From assembly GCF_009914755.1 (NCBI RefSeq), contig NC_060926.1: a DNA stretch of 64,000 nt; one strand, written 5' to 3'. Below the pieces are notes generated by a model, which saw only the letters and a list, made by a program, of their open reading frames with translations, made no database searches and was not told the origin of the DNA. Position 1 is the stretch's first letter; every line of letters begins with the position of its first letter. The DNA comes from the human T2T-CHM13v2.0 reference genome, Homo sapiens. Of this stretch, positions 37,661 through 53,870 are shown one piece after another. A program made the translations under genes and the position numbers.

Positions 37661-38559
37661 CTCTGTGGATGAAGGGGTGGGTCACAGAGCCGGTTTCGCA
37701 GCACCTTAGTGTGGCCTGCAGAGCTGGTCCTGTATCTCTCGTGCTGTTCCTGGCTGTTGGGACTTCTCTCAAACTCAACAGGAAAAGTTACATTTAATAC
37801 CAGATATAAGCATGGAGTTCACGTCAAGAGAGCGTCAGCCCTGTGCTCTGGGTCACTCACCCTATCACAGGGCAGGCGCCCCGGATGGAGCCCCAGAGAC
37901 AAGTCTGGGGTGCAGTGGAAGAAGGGGGGTCAGGGCTGGGGCTGGGGCACCCGACGGAGGCAGCAGAGACCAGAAGTTACACACAAAATTGGGCACATCT
38001 GGCTTGAATTGACACAGCGTCATTCTGACGCACTAAAAATGCCATTCTGCAAATAGACATTGAGTGCGTGTCAAGGTTCTGTTGAACTCCCTAATGAGGG
38101 GACTAACGAACGACAGAGCTGATTTAAGAGAAACACGGGGCTCTTTAGAGAGGGTGGGAACAAAAGGCACACAGAGACAGGACTGCTCAGTTAAACAGAA
38201 GGGATATGAAACTGAGAAAGACCCAGGTGAGTGAGGCCACTGCCTGCAGGGTTATCTCCTCTGCCAGAGGGAAGAGGAAACCATGGCATCTGTAACTGTG
38301 TTACAGGCCTGGAAGACATCGGAGCCCTAATCAATCGTGCAGCTTAGTTCTGCCCCTCCGAGAGTCAGATCCCCTGACCGCCATGCTAGACAGTGCCTGG
38401 TGGGACCTCAAAGGCCACTCAATTCTCCTCAGGCCACGTTTCCACTACTCTTAAGCATCTCATCTCTGCCACTCATAGCTCTGTGTGAAGCAAATTGCTT
38501 CTAACCTCTCTGAGCCTCAGTTTCCTCATCTGCAAAATGGCCATAAGAATAATGAGGTT

Positions 38560-38857
38560 GGCAAGGCCTAGTGGCTCATGCCTGTAATCCCAGCACTTTG
38601 GGAGGTCGAGGTGGGCAGATTGCTTGAGCCCAGGAGTTCGAGACCAGCTTGGGCACACAGTGAGATCCAATCTCTACAAAAAATACAAAAATTAGCCGGA
38701 CATGGTGACACACACCTGTGGTCCTAGCTACTTGCAGGGAACATGGGCAGATCGCTTGAACCCGGGAGGTCAAGGCTGCAGTGAGCTGTGTTTGTGCCAC
38801 TGCACTCCAGCCTGGGTAACAGAGTGAGATCCTGCCTCAAAGAAAAAAATAAAAAAG
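38560..38857 (+). mobile_element. Alu (AluJ-like) inserted in a MIR
   Basis: Both arms; aatgaggt on both sides; MIR core ctctgagcctcagtttcctcatctg just upstream. Confidence 0.88.
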
Positions 38858-40706
38858 AATGAGGTCACTGTAGAGGGTTGTCAGAGGCACGTGAAAAGCC
38901 CTGTCCCCGTGGGACAGCCTGCTGCCCTCCCCACCTTGCTGTGACCCTGGACAAGTTGCTGGGTCTCTATGCATCTCAGTCTCCTCATCCATCAAATGCG
39001 CACAGTGGAGAGTGGTTTTAAGGATTCTATCAGTGTCCATAAAGGGCCAAAGCAGTGCTGCCCCTGGCCACAAGGGCAGGGCTGGTGATAGTTGGACTGG
39101 TTTCAAGGCCCTGAGTTGGGGCCTCGGTTTTCTTGTCTGTGAAGTGAAGGCTGGAGAGAAGGATTTTCAAGGTCTAGACCAGATGTCTATCCCGTGATTT
39201 CTCCCCACCCCGCTTATCCCGGCACAGGGGCCAGGGAGCCTGGGGTGTGCTTGCGGCTCCTGTTCACGGGACGGGGCCTGCCTTCAAAACACCACCCAAC
39301 CCCAGCCCTTGGCAGCTCTCCCTGGCGCTTCTGAGTACTGCGAGGCCCTGTGCCCCTCTGCTCAGAGCACTCCTCAAACACTTCCCCAGGGCCTTGCCAA
39401 TGAGGCAGAGTTCATTAAGAGCCACCGCGAGCAGGTCCATGCTCTTCTTTACCCAGGAATTTGGGATTCTCAAGGAAGAATGGGCTGCTGTGGTCCTGGC
39501 CCCCGCTCTGGCCTCCACCCACCCAGCCTCCCCCATTGCCTGCCTCCTAACGGCCAAATAGAACATGTAGGAGGGGGGTGAACAGGAACACTATGGGAGG
39601 GTCAGCGGAAGGACGTGATGACTGGCGAGATGGGCAGGGCAGCCTCCAGAAAGGTGCAGAGCCACCTGCCCAGGCACAGGGCCGTTTGGCCCCATGGCCA
39701 CCTTCCTGGCACCAGGTCCCTCCCCAGTATGCTGGGCATGTGGGGCCCACATCCCTGCCCTCTGGGGTGCAGGAGGTTGGGAGTTTTTTGGGAAGGTGGG
39801 GAGAGGAGACAGGAGCAGCTTTCAGATGCTCTGGGGTGGGAGGAAACGTCTCTGTGTGCTTAGAGCTACTCAAGGAAAAGGCAGAACTGCGGTGGCAGAG
39901 AGGGCAGTCAGTGCTCTGGGCTCCGTGGCACAATCTTCCAGGCTGGAGCCCGCAGGCCTGGCCACCCCTCCAGGAAAGGGCCCCTCCCTGCGGGTGCAGG
40001 AGTGCTCTCTGCAGGCATTCCCTCCTCTTCCACCAGGGGGTAGCAGGTGCCAACGCGTCCGCCTCCCTGGACCATTTCACTCCTTCAAGTCACTGGCTCC
40101 ACCGCGTTTTCTGTTCCCACCCCGTCACAACTTTGGGGCTTAAAGGCACCAGGATCTGGCATCCCCGGGATGCCACCTGTCTTCCAGGATGTGTCCTGGC
40201 TCCCGATGCCCCAAGCTAAGCCCCGGACAGGCTGGGAACCTCTCCCTAGCAGCCCCTGCCCTGGTCCCTAGGGCCCCGCAGGCCTTGGGGTGGCAGTGGC
40301 CTTGTCCCATGTCATCCCAGAGGCCTCGGGAGGCAGATGGTTTTGTCTAGGAAGACCTGTCCTCCTGTATGGATGAGGGGCCAGCTCCTGAGGGCAGGGG
40401 AGGGGAGGGCTGCCAGGGCCACGTGCAGGGCTTCTGACTGCAGGTGCCTCATCCACACTCCGGGCCTGCACCTGATGGGGCGGGGAGGCAGAGGGAGCCC
40501 GCGGCCACTGCCTTGGAATCCCCACCCACGCAGATAGACCGGGGCTCCCCACCTCCCCTCCGTGGGCTGGCGGGGCCTCTGTGGGGAATGAGGAGAGATG
40601 GGCGCTGGGCTGACTTAGTCAGTGAACTAAACGGATTCCCTGACACAGATTCAGGTTTTCATTCTTGTTTGAAATAATGCTCAGAAGTTTTTCTTAATAA
40701 CGTGAG

Positions 40707-41001
40707 GGCCGGGCGCGGTGGCTCACGCCTGTAATCCCAGCACTTTGGGAGGCCGAGGCAGGCGGATCACGAGGTCAGGAGATCGAGACCATCCTGGCTA
40801 ACACGGTGAAACCCCGTCTCTACTAAAAAATACCAAAAAAATTAGCTGGGCGTGGTGGCGGGCGCCTGTAGTCACAGCTACTCCAGAGGCTGAGGCAGGA
40901 GAATGGCGTGGGCCCAGGAGGCGGAGCTTGCAGTAAGCGAGATTGCGCCACTGCACTCCAGCTTGGGCGACAGAGCGAGACTCCGTCTCAAAATAAATAG
41001 A

Positions 41002-41032
<31 letters not shown>

Positions 41033-41033
41033 A
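40707..41033 (+). mobile_element. AluY with (AAAT)n tail and 11-bp TSD AATAACGTGAG
   Basis: Diagnostic gagatcgagaccatcctggctaacacgg and gcggagcttgcag; TSD at 40696-40706 and 41034-41044. Confidence 0.95.
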
Positions 41034-41107
41034 AATAACGTGAGTAGTTTTTTAAAAAACATTTTTTTCATGCCCTTGCTTTGCAAAATAAAAAAAATGA
41101 CAGTTTT

Positions 41108-42890
<1,783 letters not shown>

Positions 42891-43836
42891 ACTGCACTCG
42901 GGAGGGCCAAGAACAGCATCACGCCAGGCTCTGGGAGGGCAGCGGCTCCCAAATTCTTAGCGCCCAACATGGCCTACAGGACCTGTGTAACTGGACCGGC
43001 CTGCCGGCCCTGTTCTCAAATGGGAAGCCCTACAGGACACCCCCTGCTGCACTGCGGCTGTGCTTGTGAATGGCGGTGGGAACGCCCATGGTGGGGGTTG
43101 CTCTTGACTCTTTTCCTTGTTCCCCGGTCTCCCCAGAGGACAGGCCTCCTCTGGCCACCTGGCCCAGGGGCAGCTTCAGAAATGTAAATTGGAGTCTGCC
43201 ACTCTCCTGCCCAAACCCTGATTTCCGTTGGTCCTCGAATAAATTCCAAATGCACCTCGGCCTACAGGGCCCCGTGGGACCTGGCTCTGCCCACATGGCT
43301 GAGCCCCTTGGCCCCAGTAGGCCTCCGCCTGGAACTCCCCTCGCCCTGCCCTTCCTCGGCAGGGCACTCATGCGTGGGGCCCTCGCTGCCCCCAGCACCC
43401 GCACCTCATGGCCGCTCTCCTCAGCAGGCCTCGGTTTACGGGTCGCCTCCTCAGAAGACTTGCTCCCTCTTATCACCACAGTGCTCGGCACGTGCCGGCT
43501 GCCCAGTCAGATTGCACGGGACAAGTCACTCTCTTGCCGGAGGACTGAAGGCTGACTGTTCACTAGACCTAGACTGTGCCACGTCTACGGAACAAGGAAG
43601 GCTTGAGTAGGTCACCACCTAGCTCCATTCTAGGAACCCTAGGTCAACTGGCCGACTCCCAAGGTCTCTGCGAGTCCTGATGATGGTGCCTTACACTAAC
43701 CATGCCCACCTTGTCTGTAGTGAGTGGCATCACTTGCCCCTAGTTCCCATCCCCAGGACCTCATTGTCCCCTTGCACTTAGGGATCCCAGCTCAGTGGCT
43801 GAGGCCACCCTACCTGCTTTTTAAGAACCCTGGATG

Positions 43837-43972
43837 TGCACTCACACACATTCACACACACGCACACATACACACACTCTCACATACGCTTACACTCACA
43901 CATGCACACACGTACACACCCACACACGCACAGTCACCATGCACACTCACACTCTCTGTCACACTTACATGC
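43837..43972. repeat. Degenerate (CA)n tract
   Basis: Direct inspection. Confidence 0.8.
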
Positions 43973-46900
43973 ACCGGAAGCAGTGGCTGTTGTTTTCATT
44001 TGTAGCCACAGTTGATGTGGCTTCTGAGCACCTCCTGGGGCCAGAGCAAGGGGATGTCCACTGTGAGGAGGGATCTGGAGTGGCAGGACACCTTCTCTGT
44101 CTTGGGCAGGTGCTGGTGCCCACACCTGTGCCCTCAGCTAGTCTTCATGCTAATCCTGCAGGGGGCGTCACCATCGCCCCCATCTTCCAGGGGAAGAGCT
44201 TGAGGCTGAGAGAGGGAATGGTTTGTCCATCCATCTGTTTGTCCATCTATCCGTCCAACACACAGCATGAGGCACCCTAGAGGCTACACGCAGCAGGACT
44301 CAGCCCAGCTGGGAGGGAAGAAGGAGCCAGGGAAGCCTTCCCCTCTGCCTCCCACCTTGCAGGTCCCCTTCCAATCTCACCCCAAACACTCACCCCAAAC
44401 TTCCATGCTAAACTTGCCGTAGAATCTGCTGTGGTTGGGTTGTCGGGGACAGACCTGACCTGGGGAGATTTGCAGACCTGCTGCCAGCCTGTACTGGAAA
44501 GAGCTGGGGCTCCGTGGCCCCCACACCCTCTCAGGGGAAGAGAGCAGGGGCAAGGGCCCGTGTGCAGTTTATCTCAGCCTCACCCCATGGGGACTTCACC
44601 ATGAGGATCTCACACACGCAAGCCTGCACCACCCCCAGCCCCCACCAGCTTCCCCAGGACTGGGAAAATGGGCCAAACATGATGGCACACTCTCCCCCCT
44701 CCCCCGGCCCCTCTGGCCTTCATCGTAGACCTTCTGAGCTCTCATGGCACCAATGAGGAAACTGAGGACTGGAGAAAGAATGTGAGCTGTCTGAGGTCGT
44801 TTAGGTCTAACTCCCAGAGCAGTGCTGCTGCTGCTCCACACACTGTCTGAGCCACAGTATCCCGCTTGGGAAATGTGAGGCCCACTCAGAGAGGCTGTGG
44901 GCTCTGTCTGAGCGCCTGGAGGAGAGCGGTGGGGAGGGCAGTGGGCAGCTGAGCTGTTTCCAAGCACTGATCTCACAAAGGAAGTGGTGAATCTGGGGAG
45001 GGTGGGCTGGACGCCGCTGCGTGCCTGCTTAGGTGCGTGTACCCATGTGTGTGGCACATGCATGTGTGTGCACACTCCTGTGTGTGTGAGCGTGCTCACC
45101 GCCTTCAGGTCGTCTGTGACTGCCGTCCCTGTGTGCTGGGGAGGGGCTCGGGTGCTATTCTTAGGGCAGCATTCTCAGTCTACAGTCAGATCTGCTAACT
45201 GACCGCCAGGGAGCCTGGCCTGAGCAGGCATTGCTCCCCAGTACCAGACTCTTGGGGTGGGGAAGAGTGTGCCCCAGCACACACCTTGGAGGAAGAAACA
45301 CAGGTCAGATGTCTTTCAGTTCTAGCTGCCTCCGAGCTCTGGCCTTTGCTGGGCCTTAGCTATGCCCTCAGGAATGCAGGCTGCTGGCTGGGGCCAGGGA
45401 CTCCTCTCAGTGACCCATGGAAGGAAGAGGGGAGCTGCAGAGGAGGGGAGGGCAGAGAATGGATGGGTCTCAGTGTAGCCCAGCGGTTCCTAGGAAAGGT
45501 GGGATGGCTTGGACTGCAGAGACCTTGGGCAAGTCACCATGCCTCTCTTGGCCTCCACTTCCTCATCTTTAACATGGGCTGTGATGAGAGAAGAAATTGT
45601 CTCTTTGGGTTACTTCGAGGATTAAATAGAACACGGCGATTAGCCCAGGAGTACTCCGTGCACAGTAAGTGCCTAGTTAGTGCTGTGGCTCCCAGCGCGG
45701 GGCCAAGCCTCAGAGTGGCCCTACAACCTTCTTATCCCATAGCACTCCTATGGAGAACATCCCACTTTCTAGAGTAAGCTGATCCTGTACTTCGACTAAG
45801 CCAAAGGTCTGGGGTAAGAGCAGAGGCCCATGCATCTCCCTTGATACCTGCCCTCCACCTCTGGACCACCAGGCCCCAGGCCAACAGGACTGGCATTCGC
45901 TGGGCACTGGCCACCCTGGACACTGCACTGGGCTTGCTCACATGCCCTGACATGGGCATCACTAGCCCATCCTACAGGGGGGTTAAGCAGCCTGTCTGGT
46001 GTGATCAAGCTGGTAGGGCCCCCCTGTATCTGACTCCAGACCCCGTGCCCTGAGGGCACCTGCACCGCTGGGGCTCCATCACCGCTGGTCTCACACAGTG
46101 CTGGCCTGGCTGCCGGGAGTGGGGGGACCCGGGAGCAGGCTGAAGCTGTGCCCTCTGGCTGGCCTGACGGGGGTCTGCTGGGCATGGACCCCTGCGTCAG
46201 GTTTGTGGCTGGCGTGCACGTTCCCAATTAAGCCGAGTAAATATTTACAGCCATTACGGCCATTGATCGCCTTCGATCCTGGGTGCTGCTGTGAGATGCC
46301 CCTGCTTACTCATGCTTTCTTAAAAACAGCTCTTCCCTGCGCGTCTTTAATAATTCAACTCCTAATTGTCTCCAAACGCAAACCTGAAAATGCCAACTCA
46401 GGGCCTTCGCCCCCGCTCTGGTCCCCCTCTCGTCCCCTCTGCCGGAGGCCCCTCTCCCCATTTCTGCTGCAGATCCTGGCCTCCCTGCCCTGCCTCTGAC
46501 CACTTCTAGGAGGGACTCAGGACGTCCCTCACCTCCGGCCGCAGCCACCGCCAGCTGCCGCAGCAGAAGTGAGCTGGGAGTAATTGAGTTGCAGGGCTGG
46601 GGTGAGAAGAGGCAGGAGCAGGAAGGTCTGGCCGCGGCTCCCCAGGGTGCCCTGAAGTGATACTGGGCAGGGAGGGGCAGGGACCTGGGGCATCTCGAGG
46701 TGACAGGGGAGGCTGATTCTGAATGGGTCCCTGGACAGGCCTCAGCCCAGACCTCCCCTGCCAAGGGCTGGGGGTGGAGGTGAAGCCAAATCAATATTTA
46801 TAGCATCTCCTGGGCACCAGGTCTCCTGGCTGGGGCTGCTCCCCAGTGGCCTCTGAGGGCCATCCCATATGGGGTGGAGTCTAGGGGACTGCGTTGTGTC

Positions 46901-47269
46901 CCAGCCCTGCTCTCAGGGCAGGGTGACCAGGCGCTCCCAAGAGCTCCACTACCAACTTCACTTGCCTCTCCCTCGAGGCCCAGTCCGGGTCACACATTGG
47001 TGCTAAGGGAGACTCACCCGTCCGTACCCCCCAGGGCAGCTGCCCAGTGTAAAACTCTCACAGCCAGACAAACACCACAAGGGGCGTGAGAGGACAGGCA
47101 CACAGTCACTAGAACTGCAGCTGGCCTGGAGCCAGTGGCCACCGATGCAGAGGGCCCTTTCAGCCAGGGTGCCGGGGCTGTGGCTCCCAATCCCAGTTCA
47201 CTGGGCTGGCACTGATCCCTCCTCTGCTCTCTGGTCTGAGAACATCCCATTGTGAAGCCGTGGGTCTCC

Positions 47270-48060
47270 TTGCCTCCTCTGGCAGGCAATGTCCCAGGCT
47301 CTGGGGACACAGCAGGGAACCAGACAGAATAAAAACCCCTAGAGCTTATAGGCTATAAAATGAGATTGATGAGTAAACGATATATTGCAAGGGAATAGGG
47401 CTGCAGAAATTACCTAGGACTGGGAAGAAGGGAGGGGTGCCTAGGGCAGGGCCTGCAGGGCACATGGCGTTCAAATACAGATCCGAGGGGTGAGGGAGAG
47501 TGAAAGGGAAGCTGTCCAGGCAGGCAGAGGGGCAGCAAGGGCCAGAGCTCAGGGTGAGGTGAGCTGGCAGGAGAGGCCCCTCCTGCTGATGAGGGGTGGA
47601 GGCTGAGCCCGAGGGGTAGGCGAGGGAGTGGCAGGGATTTGTGGCTGTCCAGGGTGGCAGCGGAGGCGGGAGGGAGCAGCGGTACATTTGGAGGCACTCT
47701 GAAGATGGGACCGAAAGGATTTGCAGATGTCCTGGGTGTCTGTTGCGTGAGAACGAGAGGAGTCAGGCCAAGGCTTTTGTCCTGAGCTGCTGGAAGAACC
47801 AAGCTGTTATTCACTGTGGTGGGAAAAACAGAAGCTGGCCTGGCGTGAGGGGAGGAGGGGGCTTGGTGGTAGCATTTCAAGTCTGAGACATCTAAAGAGA
47901 TCCTAGCAGAGGCTTCAAGGAGGCAGGTGGGATCTGCAAGGGTTGGAAGTGGAGGGATACATTTGGGGGTCATCAGCACATAGACGGATTTGAAGCCAAA
48001 AGACCGAGCAGAAGAGGCCCAGGACTGAGCCAGTCGTGCACGCTGATGTCTAAAGGCCTC
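47270..48060 (-). mobile_element. L2 LINE fragments
   Basis: ggagggatacatttgggggtcatcagcacatagacggatttgaagcca and related L2-like blocks. Confidence 0.6.
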
Positions 48061-48809
48061 CTTGCTCCCGCTGCCTGCGCCCATCCTCAGAGCTTGGCTT
48101 GGACATTTGCAGAAGGCTGCTATTGTTTCTTCTGTTCAGAAAGACACCTATCCACATTCCAAAGAGCGCCCCACATCCTGTTCTGCCATCGGTAGCCACG
48201 AGGGCTCCCAGCTTCTTACCCGATCCAGCTGGCCAGTCACGACAGGAATACCCACTGGCCAGGGCAGGTGCCCGACCCAGGCTGGGCCAAGGAGATCCCT
48301 TCTCAGATATTTTGACAGTGGGAGGCCCTGTGACTGGGATGCAGAGGCTGTGACATGCAGGCCTGGGCAACTTCTTGTAGCCAACCATGAAGCCACATGG
48401 AAGAAGCCACTTGAGTAGGGACGCTGACATGCAGCGTCTGCATGTGAGAGGTGAAGGACACGGTGTGAGCGGACTTTTCTGGTCATCCCCGCCCCGTTCT
48501 CTTCCAGTGGTTTGGTTTAAGGGCTAACAGGTCCCTTTGACTGAGCAAGTTCACTCAAGTTAGCCTTAATACAGCATCTCAGCATTCAGACAGAGAGAGG
48601 AGGCACAGGCCAAGGAATCCAGGGGCCCAGGAGCACAGGCAAAAGGCCGGTCCTCCTGAGCCCTCAACCAGACTGCACAGAGCCAGGCGAGAACATGCAT
48701 GTGACACACAAATGGCCCTGGCGCTCTGGGGCAGATGCGTACCAACAGGAGAACGTATTGATGATCTGATTTTATTCTGAGTCAACTGTTTTAAGGTTTA
48801 TATAAGTCT

Positions 48810-48925
48810 GGCCCGCCTTGGTGGCTCATGCCTATAATACCAGCACTTTGGGAGGCTGAGGCGGGTGGATGACCTGAGGTCAGGAGTTCAAGACCAGCCT
48901 GGCCAACATGGCGGAACGCCATCTC
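48810..48925 (+). mobile_element. Alu left-arm fragment
   Basis: ggtggctcatgcctataataccagcactttgggagg...ggccaacatgg, no right arm. Confidence 0.85.
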
Positions 48926-51699
48926 TTATTTTGAAAATATCAAAAAGAACTTAAAAGTCATGGAGGAGAGTTCAGCATGCTCATCTTTCATCTAAAAGGA
49001 GTCCCAGAAAACAGGTGAGGGGACGGAGAGGAGGAGGTGTTCCTTAATATTAAAGAGAACAAATGTAAGCATTATTTCATTTCGTCTTCAAGTGTGGGCC
49101 ATGGGATATTAATATGTGTCATGTGGAAAGGTATTTTGTGGGCAAACACATTTGGGGAGTACTAGTCATATGAGGCTACACAAATTCTTTCACTACAGAA
49201 CTTCTCAGAACCTTTACTATACACCCTTTATATTTTCAAGACAACATGGGGGTGGTGAAGAGCCCTGGCTTTGGAATCTCAGACCTGGGTTCTCAAGCCT
49301 TCCCTGCCTCTTTTTGTCTCTGTGTTTGGGAAGACCTTTTGTCCCTCTGGGCCTCAATTTTCTCATCTGTTAAATGGGAATCACAATTACATCCTTGGGG
49401 GTCTTCCAGACTTAGGGACAAAGGGACAAGACAAATGTGAAGATGCTTAATAAAATGTAAAGTTATGTGAATGTGAAATGCCCTGTCTCGCGTGAGTTCT
49501 GTGACAGCCTCTGGCTGGGCCTCACTTGTCTCACCTGTGAAATGGGAGTTGGGGTAAAATCACTGTAGCTCCCCTACTCTGCATGCAGTCACGCTGCAGC
49601 TAGAGTGGTTGTTATAGAGAAAACAAAAACCAAACGAATGCTCCCTTGCTCTGAGGATAAATCCCCGGCCACAGACTTGGCCATGCCCTTATAACTGTTT
49701 GACTATCTGCCTGCACCTCTAGAGTGTAAGCTCCTTGAGGCCAGGGCCGCAGCTGCAGCATGTAGTGCCACATCTGGCAGGCACAGAGTCGACTTGGGAA
49801 GTATTTGTCAAATGAGTAAATGCATGAACCTAGGCCTCTTCTAACTCTGAAATCTTACATCCCTCCGGATTGAGAAAAGAATCAAAAGCCATTCTACCAC
49901 TACTGCTGCGGGAAACAGACTGCCCTGGACCCTGACTCCTCTCCTGTGGTGGCCTCACCAGGGCCCGCCCTCGGTCAACCTAGCCTCGAAGAAGGGAATG
50001 CTTGGGTGTTTCCAGAGACTCCTCAGAGCACGTGCTCAGGATAGAGTCCTGATGCTTCTAGAGACCGTATGGGCAAGTCCTGTAGCCTCTGTTGGTTGCA
50101 ATTGTGACAGCTCGTAGGAGCATGGTGAGGATTCAATGATACTATGTCAGTGAGTGCCTAGGACAGTGCCTGGCACATGGTAAGCAGCAATGAATGACAC
50201 TGCTGCTATCCATTATTATTACCCAATTCCCTCACTGAACGCAGAGGGCATGATGGGTGGCTGAGTCCTCCCAGCTTCCTTGAGGCAAAGGTGGGACTTG
50301 GATAGGGGGCGTCTCACTCCTGCCCAGCACCCTGGCTGCTCCCCTGCTGCTTTCTGACTCAGACCCCAAGGTTGTGATTCCCAAGTCATTCGTCTGCATT
50401 CAGCTGACACAGGCCATCTGCAAGACACACACCTCTCTGAGCTGTCAGAAGACACTGCAGAAGCTGAGATCCTGGCATCAAGCGTCCCAGATGGAAATTC
50501 CCCAAGACACCCTTGGGCCCTCGGCTCAAGTTCAAACAAAGAAATGCTTATGTTCAGAGATCTTCACAGATCACCAGCGAGGATGTGACTTGAGAACACT
50601 TTGCGTCAGCATCATAAAACATGAGGATTGATGACCCGTGTGAGTGGGGCGAGTGCCAGGGGAACACAGGCTCTGAGTTGGCCGGCCGTGCTTCCTGCAT
50701 ACACTCTGTGCAGAGGGTGCCAGCCTAGACTGGCGGGGGGGTTAGAATAGCACCGCACTAGTTAGCATGTCCCATAGGACCCTGTTTACAGCACACTTGC
50801 ATGGGCATGTGTGCACCTGGTTCTCATGACAATATGCAGGGTGGGCAGGGGTTAAGGAATGCTTCCCCACTTTGGGGATGAAGGAAACTGAGGCTCAAGG
50901 AGGTGCGAAGCCAGGCAGCTGAGGTCACACAGCCTTGGATCTCCCTACCGTCACTATCCTCCCCTCTTGCCAGCAGAGAGAGGTGGGAAAGCCACGTTCA
51001 GCCAAAACCCAGAAATTTACCCAGAGAAACTCACAAACCAACATGGTGGGCCTTGTACAAACTCTAAGAGTATGAAGAGAAGAGCTACAGCTGGCCTTAC
51101 CCAGTCCTGCCATGCTGGGACTGGTCAGCTCCCCTGCACTGAATCTGGGTAGGGGCATGAAAAGACACAAGATGGGATGAGAAATCCTCCACATGGGAGA
51201 GGAAATGGGAACCTTTCATCACTGGGGACCAGGAAGCAGGGTGAGGGGCTCACAGGACAAGCTGGCCTCAAACGTTCCCCTTCCATTGCCTGTTCAATGT
51301 TACTAGATACTTGCAGACCTCTGGCAGAACAGATGGGGACTTGGATATACCTTGTAAGGGGATGGGGGCATGAAGACAGATTCGTTCCCCTGACCAAGGG
51401 GGAATCAAACAGGTCACTGAGCGCTCAAAGGAGAATATTCCCAGAGCTATGCAGTGAGGGGCCTGCTACCACAGTAACACTTGGGCATGTGTCAAGTCCC
51501 CACTTGGCCAAGTAGCTTGGTCTTCTCCTACCTTCCAAGTCTTTCCTGACCATGAGAACCATGGGAACCAGAACTACTTAATTAAGAACATGAAATTCCT
51601 TTCCTTTCAGATCACTGGTCCTGACTCTGGCCTGAGATGCTAAGAGATCCCACAGCTCCTGTGATGGGAAAAGATCTATTCCCAGAATGTGGTTCCCAC

Positions 51700-53870
51700 A
51701 TGGGAAATTTTACCTGTTCAGTACTTCTTGTGGAATGTATCTACTAATGATATATTCTCACAATTTTTACTTAACTTGGAATGCCTTAATTTACCCTTCA
51801 TTTTTTAAAAGACATTTTTGCTGGGTATAGATTTCCAGGATGGCCAGTTACTGTTCTTTGAGCAATAGCATTTGAAAAATGTTCTTCCATTGTATTCTGG
51901 CTTCTGTGGTTTTTGTTGTGAAATCTACCATCATTTTTGTATTGTTATTTCTCTGAGTACAATGTGTCTGTTTTTCTTCTGGATGCTTTTAAGGTTTTCT
52001 CTTTACCTCTAATTTTCAGCAGTTTGACCATGCACATGTCAGAATCTCCACACCATAGCAGATGTACCTACCTGTGGTTTTCTTTGTATTTATCCTGCCT
52101 GGGGTTCATTGAGCTTATTAAACCCATGATATGATATCTTTCATCAGTTTTGGAAAATTTCTTCAAATTCTATTGTTATTTCTTTAAATTATTTTTAAAA
52201 TTATTATCATAATTTATTCAAGTTCTAAGTATTTCTTCTAATTCTAATTCCATGCTTTTCTCTCTCTCCTTTTCTTCTGGGAGTCTAGTTATACATTTGT
52301 TAGACTTTTTTACTTCGACCCACATATCCTCCTTAAATTCTTTTCTGTTTTTTTCTTCCATTCATTTTTAGTCCATTCACATTTAAGGTAATGATTGGTA
52401 TGATAGGATTTACACTGCCATTTTGCTACTTGTTTTCTATTTGTCACATGCCTTTTTGTTCCTCTGTTCCTCCGTTATTATCATCTGTTGTATTTGCACT
52501 TCCTTGTCTCTTGCCATGTCTTATAATTTTTAGTTGAACACTGTAGCTCTGTGACAGACAGTGTGAACTTCTTTTGCAGGTCACCCATGTTGTCAGGTTT
52601 GGGGGCAGTGAGAGACAGATGTGGATTCTAGTTTGTCCTTTTGAGTTCCAGTTTGTTCTCACTTTATCTTACTTCATGTCCAGTCTCTCTTCCCATTTTC
52701 TGGTCCTGCCAACCTACAGCAACTTCAGGCATATGCAGAGGCAACAGCCCTCAATAAGACTTCTTCCCCAGCTTCCACAACTATACAAAGTCTCATTCTT
52801 ATAACAAAGCCCAGACTCCGTATCAGTCATAGTGGTTCCACGTCTCTGATCAAGCCTTCAATGATACAAGATCCAAATTCTCTGTTAAATTTTAAACTAC
52901 ATCTTTTCATTTACTTTGTCCATTTCTTTTTTCTATTTTTAAAAACATATTTATCATAGTTATTTTGAACTATGTCCTTATCTGCTTACTTAAACATCTG
53001 AGTCATCTCTGAATTTTATTTCTATTGACTTCATAATCAGCCACTTTCTCCCTCTTCTCATGTCTAACAATTTTTTATTGCATGCTGGAAATTGTGAGTG
53101 ATATGTTATACAGGCCCTGGATTTACTTACCTCCCTATAAAGAGCATTGAGTTTTGTTTTGGCGAGCATTTAAATTCCTGGCAAATCACACCGTTCCTGT
53201 CAAAGTTTGCTTTTAGCCTTTGTTAGGGAGGGTCTGTTTCAGCTTTTTGCCTTATTCATAGAGTATAGCTCTTCTCTTAAGGTGTGATCTTAATCCTAAC
53301 AAATGGCTTTTCTGAGGTCTCAACAGAAAGCCCAGGGTGTTCACCAGTGCGTGGGTGGGCCTGAACCTCCATATTTCCTCAATGCTCTCTGACCCCTGGG
53401 ATCTTTGCTCTGCTCTCAACATCGCTGCAGTTGTTCCTGCAAGCACTCCAGAGTCTCTCCCTGCTAATGCAGAGCCTAGCAATTAGCCAAGGCCCCAAAG
53501 GATCTGTTCGTGCAGATTTTGGGGGCTACTTTTTCTCTGTGGCTCCCTCCTTTCCAGACCCCCATCATCTCAAATGTTAGCTGCCTTAGCAGCCTTGAAC
53601 TCTGAGCTCTATTTCCTTTATCCAGTGTGACCGCCAGTGCTAGGAGACCTTGTATGCCCAGCATTTTGGAGAATATACTCAAGGATAAAGATGAAGTAAA
53701 CTGCGGGGTCCATTCAGTGCGATTCTCTTTTCTCGAGGATCATTGCCTCGAGAAATGATTTGTTGCTGTCCAGTGCCCTCCTAGAGTTGCTGTACATACT
53801 CTGTCCAGGTCCTAGAGTTGTTTTCAGTGGGCAGATTAGTCTGATGCCACCTACTCTAACATGGTTGGAA
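51700..53870 (-). mobile_element. Ancient L1-type fragments (AT-rich block), probably with a nested LTR-like piece near 52540-52865
   Basis: tttacccttcattttttaaaagacatttttgctgggtataga, ctttcatcagttttggaaaattt. Confidence 0.55.

Noticed and set aside
36727-37797. 356-aa proline-rich ORF
   Set aside because: Runs through the C-rich minisatellite; non-ATG start; no recognisable domain
39309-39581. Protein-looking ORF (LANEAEFIKSHREQVHALLYPG)
   Set aside because: No recognisable homology, no ATG start, no convincing exon boundaries
40030-40044. CTCF-like CCACCAGGGGGTAGC
   Set aside because: T replaces a highly conserved C of the core; weak without ChIP data
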